64,000 nucleotides of DNA from an uncultured Pseudomonadota bacterium (GTDB taxonomy: Bacteria > Desulfobacterota > Binatia > Binatales > Binataceae): positions 4,465 to 68,464 of the forward strand of contig CAWGQB010000012.1 of assembly GCA_963824565.1 (NCBI GenBank), written 5' to 3'. Under the pieces are notes generated by a model, which was not told the DNA's origin, did not search any database, and saw nothing but the letters and a program-made list of their open reading frames with translations. The first letter of the stretch is position 1; the number at the start of each line of letters is the position of its first letter. A program made the position numbers and the translations under genes. Positions 1 through 13,754 of this stretch are shown here, one piece after another.

Positions 1-507
1 GGTTGTCTTTGATCAGGACTCCGCTATCCAGGCTGAAGCGATGGTTGTGGCCACCGCCGATGTGTACCGCATATTTTTCTACAGCACGTAATCCTGGATG
101 AGTTTTGCGGGTGTCGACGACTCGAGCTTTCGTGCCCGCCACTGCGCGCGTGAATTCCGCCGTCTTGGTCGCGATCCCCGACATCAGTTGGAGGAAGTTG
201 AGCGCGGTCCGCTCGCCGATCAGCAGGCCGGCGAGCAGCCCTTCGATTTCTACTGCTACCTCGCCGCGGCGCAGCACCGCCCCTTCCCCCGCCAGCTTTT
301 CGATTCGCGCCTGCGCACCGCAGCGCGCCAGGATTGGTTCGATCAGTGGTCCTCCGCAAAAGACGATCTGATCTTCCTTGACCGTGATTCGCGCCCTGCC
401 CCGCGCGTCGGGCCTGACCGTGGCTGCCGTGGTGACGTCGCCCAGTCCGACGTCTTCGGCCAGCGCCCGGTCAAGCAGGCCGCTTAGGGCGAGTTGGTCG
501 ACGAGGT

Positions 508-511
<4 letters not shown>
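1..511 (-). CDS. nadC: Nicotinate-nucleotide pyrophosphorylase (quinolinate phosphoribosyltransferase), truncated by window edge
   Basis: Manual translation from ATG at 511: MNLVDQLALSGLLDRALAEDVGLGDVTT...GERTALNFLQLMSGIAT...DTRKTHPGLRAVEKYAVHIGGGHNHRFSLDSGVLIKDN. Start overlaps the valS stop (ATGA). Confidence 0.92.
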
Positions 512-3339
<2,828 letters not shown>

Positions 3340-3481
3340 GTGGAATCAGTCCGTCAGGGAGATTATCTTCTGACCGTCAAAACGGCTCGCGATGAGGCAA
3401 TCATATTGAGATGGGTAAGAAAGATTCAACCCGCGCTTTCGCGGCTGATAGACCGAATCAGCCGCTCCTGAATCTGGCACG

Positions 3482-4209
3482 CTAGATCATCCGGAGAGCC
3501 CACGAAAAGTCTGTAACAAAGGAAAGTCCTGTAGGTGCAGCTTGCTGAGCCAAGTCCGGATGCCAATCAACCGTTTTCTCCAGACAAAAGTCCTTTCGGT
3601 TCGAGGACACAAAGACATGCGTTCGGCGGGGGTCAAGCGCGCAGAGCTGCGATAATCCCAAATAGTTTTCGATGATTCTGCAGTCAGGAAAGCCTCGACC
3701 TCCCGTACCGCCTGGCTTCAGCCCGAGGTTAAGTCTGCTGTTGGCTCTATTCAAGCATTCCAGATCTTCATCCACGAGAAGGACTACGCGAATCAGAGAC
3801 TCGATCACTTCGCGCATTGCTCTGGCAAATGTCTCTGGTTCGATGGTCTCGTGCATAGTCGGAATGGCGGTATGACCACGACCCACGGCTGCCAATGCTA
3901 ACGCCGGGACAGCCTCAGCGATTGCCGCAGTCTCTTCTCCTCCTCACGTTTGATTTTGAGATACCCAACAACCTCTTGTTCGGCGGTGTCAAGCTGCCTG
4001 GCAATCTCCGCGCCGACCGTCGAAGATGCCACAATCCACAATTCCTGTCGGTGTGCCTTGTAGACAATGGCTGATACGGACTCAATCAGGCTCCCTGGCA
4101 CCTCGAGGTCTTTTACACTCCTGAAAATGTCTCGGATTGCACAAGTGTCTGGAAAGATGATTGGTCCGGGCGAACCGAGGATCTGGTTTGCCGCCTCGAC
4201 CGGCGTCAT
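3482..4209 (-). CDS. PIN-domain (DUF4935/PIN_8-like) putative ribonuclease, split by one frameshift near 3925
   Basis: ORFs 3898-4209 and 3482-3895 join if one G is restored at CTGCGG(G)CAATC. PIN-like acidic motifs IIFPDTC, DCRIIE, VFVSSNRKDF. Confidence 0.6.
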
Positions 4210-4221
4210 ACGCTAACTGCC

Positions 4222-4884
4222 TCACGTCCTAACGGACACGGCGTGCTCGGCAATCCCTTCCAAGTCATAAAATTCGAGCAGATCGATTCCGAATTCGTAC
4301 TCGCTCATAAGCTTTTGCACTTTGTCTTCGGGCCAATTTTCTTCCTCAAGAAACCAGCGCTCCAAGAAATACTGGATCGATGGCGCTCCCAACCTATGAG
4401 TGTAGACGAGAAATCTAAACCAGCGCTTCCGATCCATTGGATGACCAGAACCGGTTGACTTATTCGCACCGCGAGAAAACTGCGTCAACAATGCGGCACC
4501 TTCTGGTGGCAACCAATCCGCGACATTCTTCTCGTCCGAACTCAGTGTAACGACCAGTGGCTCCTTCGCGGCGATCTTGGCAAATCGTTCATAAAATTCG
4601 GATAAAACTCGGTTATACTGATCGAAATTGAGTTGGCCTATTTCCTTCGGCACGATGTTCGAGACATATAGCTGGGTCGGAGCGTGATACGTGAGATATA
4701 GGTTGGCGGCCGCACGGTCCTCCTTTGCCGAACATGAAAAGCAAGCGAACTTGGTCGGCAACAACTCCCGTTCGCGCTCACGGAGGCGCAACCAGCCATC
4801 GTCCAGCAAAGGCTCGATGTTGCTGATAAACTCGGCTAGGTTTTCACTTGGACCGGTTATCGCCAAATCTCTAAAGACCTTCAT
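4222..4884 (-). CDS. Hypothetical protein (~220 aa; ANKSTGSGHPMDRKRW motif)
   Basis: Clean ORF with GGAGG RBS before ATG 4884; ends 12 bp before the PIN gene start; no family recognised. Confidence 0.75.
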   Translation of the reverse strand: MKVFRDLAITGPSENLAEFISNIEPLLDDGWLRLRERERELLPTKFACFSCSAKEDRAAANLYLTYHAPTQLYVSNIVPKEIGQLNFDQYNRVLSEFYERFAKIAAKEPLVVTLSSDEKNVADWLPPEGAALLTQFSRGANKSTGSGHPMDRKRWFRFLVYTHRLGAPSIQYFLERWFLEEENWPEDKVQKLMSEYEFGIDLLEFYDLEGIAEHAVSVRT

Positions 4885-5049
4885 TGCGCCGCCTCCATAG
4901 AACAACTCTACTTGTCAACCGTCCACCTGCTCAACCACACTTTGAGCTAGTTTTCGGCATTTGAAATCCATGAGCACATTTAAACGACACGCGGGATAAA
5001 TCGGGTGAACGGGCAGGCGATTGCGCGAAGGTCGTTTGCGTGACCTTCC

Positions 5050-5135
5050 TGGTGCGAGAGGGGGGACTTGAACCCCCACGAGCTTGCGCTCACAAGGTCC
5101 TGAGCCTTGCGCGTCTGCCATTCCGCCACTCTCGC
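5050..5135 (-). tRNA. tRNA-Leu (anticodon CAG), CCA encoded
   Basis: GCGAGAGTGGCGGAATGGCAGACGCGCAAGGCTCAGGACCTTG...GGTTCAAGTCCCCCCTCTCGCACCA; stem CAAGG/CCTTG around CT-CAG-GA; long variable arm. Confidence 0.97.
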
Positions 5136-5349
5136 TTTCGGGCAGATCGGGAAGCCAGCCTGACGATTCTATACGGTGCCGGCCACCTGAAGGAAGATGG
5201 TTTAACTGGCGCCGACGGCCATTTCAAGATGTGCCCTGCCCCTCGATCGGCCCGCGACCGGCAAAATGTCGCGCCTGATGCTCGCGCAAGTGTCCCCGCC
5301 GTGGTAGTTCTGTTGCCGCATCCACAGCGCGGGAAGGAACTCGGAAGAA

Positions 5350-6522
5350 ATGACGGACGGACCATTGGCAGGCTTTCGCATCCTGGACTTGAGCTCGGTA
5401 ATCTCGGGGCCATTTTGCACGATGTTGCTGGGCGATCTGGGCGCCGACATCATCAAGATCGAATCGCCCGAAGGCGACACCCTGCGCACCTTCAGCCGGC
5501 CCCAGAAGAACGGAATGTCCGCCGGCTTCCTGTCCTTCAACCGCAACAAGCGCAGCATCATTATCGATTTGCAAAAAGACGGCGGACGCGACCTGGTGCG
5601 GCGGTTGGCGGCGAAAGCCGACGCGCTGATCGAGAACAATCGTCCCGGCGTGGCCGACCGCCTGGGTGTCGGCTATGCCGATATCCGGCGGATCAATCAC
5701 AAGATCGTTTATTGCTCGATTTCCGGTTTCGGACCCGACGGGCCCAACGCCAACGCTCCCGCTTACGACCCTCTAATCCAAGGCTATTCCGGCCTGACCA
5801 ATCTCCAGGGCGCCCGCATCGGCCGCCCCATGGGCGTGCAGATGGCGATGGCGGACAAGGTCACGGGCATGACCGCCGCCCTGTGTCTCGTCAGCGCACT
5901 GCATGCCGCGCGCAATCGCGGCGTCGGCCAGTACATCAGGGTGCCGATGCTGGAGGCGATGATCGCGTTTAATTTCAACGACACCGGCTATCCTTATGTT
6001 TTGCAGCCGCCTGAAGAATTCAAGGATCAGATGCCCAAAAACGTCACCATGGAGCCGTTCAAGACCAAGGACGGATACATTGCATGTGGTCCGTTCACCG
6101 ACGCGCAGTACAAGGCCATGGCGATCGCGGCGGGACATCCGGAATGGTGGGACGAAAGTGTGGGACGGATGGATCGGGTGCGCGCGATCCTGCGCAACAG
6201 CGCCCAGGTCTTTCAGGAGAAACCCAGCGCCGAATTACTGGCCGCGCTCAAGGAGCAGGACGTGCCGTCCGCGCCGATCCATACCTACGAAACCCTGTTC
6301 GAAGACCCCGACATAATCGCCAATCAGACCTTCTTCATGTACGACTATCCCGGCGTCGGCCAGGTGCGCACCAATCGGTGCTCGGCGCGTTTTTCCGAAA
6401 CGCCGATGCAGATGCGGCGGATCCCGCCGCGCCTGGGCGAGCATACCGACGAGCTCCTGCGCGAAAGCGGCATCGAGCGCGCCGAGATCGAAGAACTGCG
6501 CGCCGCCGGCGTAATCAAATAG
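5350..6522 (+). CDS. CaiB/BaiF family III CoA transferase
   Basis: PLAGFRILDLS, GPFCTMLLGDLGADIIKIESPEGD, NRNKRSI, ENNRPGV, YDPLIQ. Confidence 0.92.
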   Translation: MTDGPLAGFRILDLSSVISGPFCTMLLGDLGADIIKIESPEGDTLRTFSRPQKNGMSAGFLSFNRNKRSIIIDLQKDGGRDLVRRLAAKADALIENNRPGVADRLGVGYADIRRINHKIVYCSISGFGPDGPNANAPAYDPLIQGYSGLTNLQGARIGRPMGVQMAMADKVTGMTAALCLVSALHAARNRGVGQYIRVPMLEAMIAFNFNDTGYPYVLQPPEEFKDQMPKNVTMEPFKTKDGYIACGPFTDAQYKAMAIAAGHPEWWDESVGRMDRVRAILRNSAQVFQEKPSAELLAALKEQDVPSAPIHTYETLFEDPDIIANQTFFMYDYPGVGQVRTNRCSARFSETPMQMRRIPPRLGEHTDELLRESGIERAEIEELRAAGVIK

Positions 6523-6611
6523 TCGTGACGCACGACGGCGAGGATGGTCGCTCACCTTCGGTTCGGGTTGTCGGTGTCGGCCGAACTTCACACTCGAATG
6601 CCAACGCTCCG

Positions 6612-7343
6612 TCAGTACAGATGCCGGCCACCGTCGACGCGGATGCATTCGCCGGTGATGAAATCGGTCTCGATCAAGAAGAGCACCGCCTTGGCGATTT
6701 CATCCGCACCGCCCCATCGCGCCAGCGGCGTGTTCTGAAGCACTTGGTCGTTTTCAGCCGGAGTTAGATTGGGCGGCGCGAGAATCGGTCCGGGAGCGAT
6801 CGCGTTGACCAGAACCTCCGGCGCGAGATCCAGGGCGAGGGCCTCGGTCAGCGCCGCCACCGCAGCCTTGGAGGTATAATAAGGCGTGTAATCGCGGTAA
6901 TGCGGACGGCCGCTTCTAACCAGCCAGTCGCTGAAGTTCACAATCCGCCCGCCGCCGTTTTTTTTCATGACTGGGGCGGCATGAACCGCAAACAGAAAGG
7001 CGCTGCGGGCATTGGAATCCATCGAGCTTGACCATTCGCGGGCGCCGGGATTAGGCGTGCGCTCGTATATCGAAGCGAGGTTCACCAGGATGTCGAGCCG
7101 GCCGAGCACGCGGGCCGCCTCGCTCACCGCGGCTTCGATCTGCGCCTCGTCCGTGGCGTCGGCGCGGACCACTGCGACCGCTACGCCGGTAGCACGGGCC
7201 GCTGCCGCCGTGGACTCCGCCGCCTCGCGCGAATTGCGATAGGTCAGCGCAAGGGCGCATCCGCGCGCCGCCAGCGCCATCGCCACTACCTGCCCGATGC
7301 GCGCACCGCCAGTCAGTAACGCTACCTTTCCTTTCGGATCCAC
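6612..7343 (-). CDS. SDR oxidoreductase (pteridine reductase/FolM-like)
   Basis: TGGARIG Rossmann motif, YYTSK catalytic motif, VNAIAPGPIL. Confidence 0.85.
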   Translation of the reverse strand: MDPKGKVALLTGGARIGQVVAMALAARGCALALTYRNSREAAESTAAAARATGVAVAVVRADATDEAQIEAAVSEAARVLGRLDILVNLASIYERTPNPGAREWSSSMDSNARSAFLFAVHAAPVMKKNGGGRIVNFSDWLVRSGRPHYRDYTPYYTSKAAVAALTEALALDLAPEVLVNAIAPGPILAPPNLTPAENDQVLQNTPLARWGGADEIAKAVLFLIETDFITGECIRVDGGRHLY

Positions 7344-7472
7344 TTTCCCTCCGTTACTTCACTTGCCTTTCGCTTCTACAGCGTCCCAACTTGCGCGCCA
7401 CGCTGCAAGCCCGATGGTCCACCTGACGGTAACTGTCGCAATGCCGATGTAGCGTCGATTTTCAAGTACACT

Positions 7473-9149
7473 GTGGCCGACGCGCGGCACATGGAAGACA
7501 CTTCGACAAACGCCCCATCGATGGTGATGTCAACAACGGACCCGGTCTCCGTGACGCGCCCCTCGGACACGCTTTCTCCGTTCTCGGCAGCCCTGATCAT
7601 CATCTACGGCACGAGCCTGCTGCTGATCGGATTGGGTGGGCCGGTGCTGACCTACCACGAAGTCAACTATTCCGAGCCGGCGCGAGAGATGCTGCGCAGC
7701 GGACACTGGTTGATGACGACCTTCCTCGGTCAACCGTTCGTGGAGAAGCCACCGCTAATCAACTGGTCGATTGCCGCCGCGATTGCCGTTTTTCACAGCC
7801 ACAGCGAATGGGCCGTTCGCCTTCCCAGCGTGCTCTGCGGGGTTCTGAGCGCGCTTATTATCGCCGCGATCGCCGCGCGATGGCTGGGCGATCGAATCGG
7901 CCTTTACAGCGGTCTCATCCAGCTCACCAGCGTCTACGTCCAGGCACAGGGACGCCGGGCTGAACCCGACATGATGCTGTGCGCGGCGGTCTCCACGGCA
8001 ATCGCAATTTTCGCCTTCGCGATTGTCGAAGGCCGCGAGCCACGCTCTGCGATGGTCATACGCCCATGGATGTTCTACCTTGCCGCCGCCATCTCATTTC
8101 TGCCCAAGGGACCGATCGGCCCGGTGCTGGTCTTTCTCCCTTGTGCCGTGTTCGCGCTCCGGCACCGGCACGCGATGGCTTTCCTGCTTGACCCGCTTGG
8201 AATCGCCCTGTTTATCGTCCTGGTGCTGATCTGGCCGCTGGCGGTTTATTGGGCCTATCCGCCGGCTATCGCCTCGCTATGGCGCGAGCATGCGGCGCGG
8301 CTTAGCGGCGCCTGGGGAACCCAATCGCGTCTGCTGTATCTCTACTCAACGTTGCTGCTGACGCTGCCCTGGACTCCGCTGATGATCATTGGCGGAGCCG
8401 CACTGTGGAAACACCGCTCTATTGCGCCGATCTGGCTGTTGCTGGGACTCTGGTTCGCGCTGGGAGTGATCTTTCTATCGCTCAGCCCTTTCAAGCACTG
8501 GCACTACCTGGTCCCGGTGCTGCCCCCACTGTCGATCCTGGCGGCGTTTGGACTCGATCGATTTCTGCGCGTTGATCGCGCCCATTACGGCGTGCGCGCG
8601 ACGCTGATCGCGACTGCAACGATACTCGCTCCACCGGTGATATACAGGTTTGTTCCGCAGGCTGCCGGCACGATCTCAATGCTGGTTCTGATAGCTGCGC
8701 TTGGCGCATCAGTCGCGCTGTATTGCCAATGGCGCGGCGCCCGCCGATCGGCTGCGGCGGCCTTGTTCATCACCGTATGGATCGTGTCCGTGACGGCACA
8801 TGTATGGGTGACTCCGCGATTCCAAACCTATCTGGAGCAAACGCGTTTCGCTTACCGGGTAAACGCGGAAGTCCCCGCCGGATTGACGCTCTACCTGCTC
8901 GGTCCGAGCCACAACCAGATGGTCTACTATCTCACGATGCCCATTCTTCCAGCCGCTGACCCTGACGCGTTGGCGCGTAAGCTTAAGGCCGATACAGACA
9001 TTTCCACGGTGTTCGTCCTGGCTCCTCAATGGACGGGTGCGGCGCTGGCACGTCTGGGTGAGGTGGAGGCCGTTGACCATTGCACGTCGCTGCGGTCAGC
9101 CGAGCGCGACCGGATGACGCTGATGCGGCTGAGCTTGGGAGCGAAGTAA
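7473..9149 (+). CDS. ArnT/PMT-type (GT83-like) membrane glycosyltransferase
   Basis: HEVNYSEPAREM, EKPPLINW, RLPSVL, KGPIG and multiple hydrophobic TM segments. Confidence 0.85.
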   Translation: MADARHMEDTSTNAPSMVMSTTDPVSVTRPSDTLSPFSAALIIIYGTSLLLIGLGGPVLTYHEVNYSEPAREMLRSGHWLMTTFLGQPFVEKPPLINWSIAAAIAVFHSHSEWAVRLPSVLCGVLSALIIAAIAARWLGDRIGLYSGLIQLTSVYVQAQGRRAEPDMMLCAAVSTAIAIFAFAIVEGREPRSAMVIRPWMFYLAAAISFLPKGPIGPVLVFLPCAVFALRHRHAMAFLLDPLGIALFIVLVLIWPLAVYWAYPPAIASLWREHAARLSGAWGTQSRLLYLYSTLLLTLPWTPLMIIGGAALWKHRSIAPIWLLLGLWFALGVIFLSLSPFKHWHYLVPVLPPLSILAAFGLDRFLRVDRAHYGVRATLIATATILAPPVIYRFVPQAAGTISMLVLIAALGASVALYCQWRGARRSAAAALFITVWIVSVTAHVWVTPRFQTYLEQTRFAYRVNAEVPAGLTLYLLGPSHNQMVYYLTMPILPAADPDALARKLKADTDISTVFVLAPQWTGAALARLGEVEAVDHCTSLRSAERDRMTLMRLSLGAK

Positions 9150-9558
9150 CCTGAAACTGAGCCGGTGTCAGAGGTAAAGAAACCTTTTCAGAGCTAAAAA
9201 TATCCCAACTGATAGTTGATTATTTAAAGCTTCGCAAAATACCTCGGCGGCCAAAAGGCCGCATCCGGGCGCCTTGTTCCCGGTCCGCTTTGACATCCGA
9301 TGGTGGAAAAAGCTTTTTAGGTGCGGTCAATTTCCGAATCGCGGTCAAGCATGGCGCAAGTGTCGTGCAGACCGGGCGGAGAGTCCCGCACAGCGCTCGA
9401 ACAGCGGCGCAGCGGATCGATTCACTGGCGCAACTACTGCCTTTACATTCGGCTTGATGAGGATTAATTTACCTGAAGCTTGGACGCACCTTCCTTTAAG
9501 CCCGCGGGGCGGGTTTTCTGTCTGCTGCTTCCCGGCAATTACGATAGGAGGGCACCTA

Positions 9559-9906
9559 ATGCCCACTAAGTTATACGTAGGCAACTTGGCCTATTCAGTC
9601 ACCAGTTCTGACCTGGAAGCATTGTTCTCGCAGGCCGGAAAAGTTGAGAGTGCGGCCGTGATCGCGGACAAATTCTCGGGCCAATCCAAGGGCTTTGGCT
9701 TCGTCGAGATGTCCGACTCGGGAGAGGCTGCCAAGGCGATCGAGCAGTTCAATGAGACCGAACTCAAGGGACGCAATATCAGAGTAGATGAGGCCCGTCC
9801 GCGCGAGGGTGGTGGTAATCGCGGCGGTGGCGGGGGTGGGGGTGCCGGTGGTAATCGCGGCGGTGGGGCTGGCGGTTTCAACCGGCGCGGCTCCGGCCGC
9901 TGGTAG
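9559..9906 (+). CDS. RRM RNA-binding protein with Gly-rich tail
   Basis: RNP2 LYVGNL, RNP1 KGFGFVEM, RGG-rich C-terminus; AGGAGG RBS before ATG 9559. Confidence 0.93.
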   Translation: MPTKLYVGNLAYSVTSSDLEALFSQAGKVESAAVIADKFSGQSKGFGFVEMSDSGEAAKAIEQFNETELKGRNIRVDEARPREGGGNRGGGGGGGAGGNRGGGAGGFNRRGSGRW

Positions 9907-9919
9907 GCGACAATATGAA

Positions 9920-9943
9920 GGGCGGAGGCGCCGTTCTCCGCCC
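9920..9943 (+). terminator. Putative terminator hairpin after RRM gene
   Basis: GGGCGGAG-N8-CTCCGCCC; weak U tail. Confidence 0.4.
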
Positions 9944-10238
9944 ATGTTCTCCAAGCGCGGAATGATTAGCGACTAGACTGCGCCCCTTCGCAATCTGCCT
10001 CTTTCTTCCTCGGTGCCGGACGGGACTGCTCTCGGGTGTTTACTGATTTATCGCACATTAAGACGCATTTTCGGAAGCAGAGCCTGGCTCACGGCTAGCC
10101 ATTGCCCGACTTGGACACCCGCAAACCAAATCGTTTTTCATCAGCCCATGTTTTGGTCGATCTGGAACTAATGCAATAATGCGGTAGTTTCACAAACGGG
10201 GTGGCCTTAACGCATGATGGCGCCACCTGGGGAGGCGA

Positions 10239-11042
10239 ATGACTCAACTGATCGCGGCTATCTGCGACGGCGGACGGAGTGTGCTTACGGTTTCCGACCG
10301 TATGATTTCAACTGGCGACTTGACGCTTACGTTCGAGCCTGACCGCAGCAAAGCGATACCCCTCGCGTCCAACGCGGTGCTGCTCACCTCGGGCACGATG
10401 CATGAGCCCGATCTGATCGATGATGCGCGGCAGTTGATTCGCGGCAAGGACCACCTCCGTGACATCGCCGACGTGCTTAAGGAGCAATATCAGACCATTC
10501 GCGAACGGCGGATCGAGGACGAAGTTCTGCGGCCCTTTGCCGGGATCAGATCATTTGCGGAGTACCATCAGAAGCAGGCCACGCTGCACGAAGGCGTGCT
10601 AATGGAACTGAACGCGAGGATCGCCGATTTTGCGCTCGGCCTCACCTTGCTGCTGGCAGGTTACGACGGCCAAGGCCACGTGATGGTGATCGAGGACCCG
10701 GGGATTTGGACCAGTTGGGACATGGTCGCCCACGCCTACGCGGGGATGGGCAACCGGCACGTAGAGGGAGTTTTTGCCTGGTATCGCTATACGCGGGCGT
10801 TCAAGCTGAATGAAGCGCTGTGGGTTGCGTTCGAGGCCAAAAAGCGCGCCGAAGCCGCTGGCGGCGTTGGCAAAATGACCGACGCTTTCGTGATCAACCG
10901 CGATGGAATTGCGCAACTCTCGGCGGCAACCATCCAGGAGTTGGACGACATCTATTATGGACGGGAAAATGGTGGGCCGCGCAATTTCGACCAGCGCGTC
11001 ACACAACTATCTATTCTCACCGAGCCTGTGGCGAATCCATGA
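10239..11042 (+). CDS. Proteasome beta-subunit-like Ntn hydrolase (N-terminal Thr)
   Basis: M-T N-terminus, SDRM (D17/R19-like), Lys at mature position 37, TSG, LLLAGYD, AGMG, AKKRAEAAGGVG; GGAGG RBS. Confidence 0.65.
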   Translation: MTQLIAAICDGGRSVLTVSDRMISTGDLTLTFEPDRSKAIPLASNAVLLTSGTMHEPDLIDDARQLIRGKDHLRDIADVLKEQYQTIRERRIEDEVLRPFAGIRSFAEYHQKQATLHEGVLMELNARIADFALGLTLLLAGYDGQGHVMVIEDPGIWTSWDMVAHAYAGMGNRHVEGVFAWYRYTRAFKLNEALWVAFEAKKRAEAAGGVGKMTDAFVINRDGIAQLSAATIQELDDIYYGRENGGPRNFDQRVTQLSILTEPVANP

Positions 11043-11562
11043 CTACCAGTGGCGATGCCGCCAATACCGGCTAAGGCTGCTGCGGCGGCGCGCTGAACTG
11101 GCTCTCCACCTTCACCCAAGGCCGCCTGTATCGTAAGCCTACACTACACTCTGACCGCGCCAGGAGAACAGGCTCGCCCGTGCTGCAGCGTTCCGATCTC
11201 GGCAACTCGTGGATTGGCGCCCACAACCTACCGAGGCGATACCCGGTACGTTACTTCCCCGGGAGGAATCCCTGCCGTCGACACGGGCGAACCTCCCCCC
11301 AACATGATCGGCGGTTCCCAAGCACAGAGTCGACTCGGCCTGTCTGAAAATCGCCTTAAAACTGCCTGCGCAATGTATGTAGCAAATAGAGGCGGTCTGT
11401 CAAGTCCTTAAACACTACTGCGAATCAAATTTTAGATTGCCCTGATTTATCAGCCGTTTTACTGCAAAAACTTCTGTCAAATTTGATTGGTGTGCGGCCA
11501 TCCGGCGACACAAAAATGCCGCAGCGCCGAAATCCAGACTGCTCGCTGACCGCTACCGTTGG

Positions 11563-11895
11563 TTAATTCTCGTGCCTGAGCCGGCGCGCTGTATGCTTCG
11601 CGCGCACTAAGCGCTTGATGGATTTGCGCAACGCTTCATGGTCCAGCCCGACGGCCTCACACGCATCTTCGAACGAGACCCCCGCAGGTCCGAAACCCAA
11701 AATCCAATCCCATGCCTGGGCGGTCGCATGATGCTCGGAAGGATCGGCGCGAAGCATCAGATTAATCGCATCAGTAAGCACGGCCAACATCAGATTCTGT
11801 TCGCTGGTAAAGGTTTGGCGCGGGCTGAGCAGCCCGTGGTAGCGATGATGCGTCCCGGATTCGGAATTGCCTTGGGAGGTTCTTATCAGAGCCAT
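11563..11895 (-). CDS. Small conserved-looking hypothetical protein
   Basis: LMLAVLTDAI...AWDWI...SFEDACEAVGLDHEALR; function unknown; start taken at MALIRT. Confidence 0.6.
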   Translation of the reverse strand: MALIRTSQGNSESGTHHRYHGLLSPRQTFTSEQNLMLAVLTDAINLMLRADPSEHHATAQAWDWILGFGPAGVSFEDACEAVGLDHEALRKSIKRLVRAKHTARRLRHEN

Positions 11896-12101
11896 CGTGC
11901 TCACACTCCGCCGATCCCTTCGCGGAGCCCGATTGCAACATAACTCCGAGTTGCGGCGGCCCGCAAGTTGAAATAATTGGCTGCGTGGCACAGGCTTCCA
12001 GCCGGTGATTTGGGTTTATAAGCCGCGCCGCGCTGACCCACCGCGGCACCTCGCCACCAACCTCCCAGTATCGGCAAAAAATATTCCCCCCTAACCCACG
12101 C

Positions 12102-13454
<1,353 letters not shown>

Positions 13455-13754
13455 TGGTTTAGCCTCTCTGCCGCCAAATTTAGCCGCCCGCAACGCTCAC
13501 ATGCCAGAGGAGGGACCGCGCTCGCACCAAAGTCGCGAGCCTGACGGGGAGCGAGCGACATCGAGTTTGCCAGTTACGGCTATCGGACCGTTGGGGATTC
13601 GCTGCCGCATGCGATGCTATGGTCTGGCTCGGCTGGTCTGATAATTGCGCAGCAAGGAAATCGGCCAGGCGGCCTTTGGATCCTGCTTCGGCAGACGAGT
13701 TTCCCACGGTCGCGCGATATTCGGCGAACAAATCAACCGCAAGGAGGGCCGCAG

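Noticed and set aside
3340-5050. attL/attR duplication or integrase for the tRNA-Leu islet
   Set aside because: No repeat of the tRNA 3' end and no integrase found, so the islet is not called a mobile element.
11043-11560. Possible gene remnant or partner downstream of the Ntn hydrolase
   Set aside because: Short interrupted frames without recognisable homology; cannot be supported.
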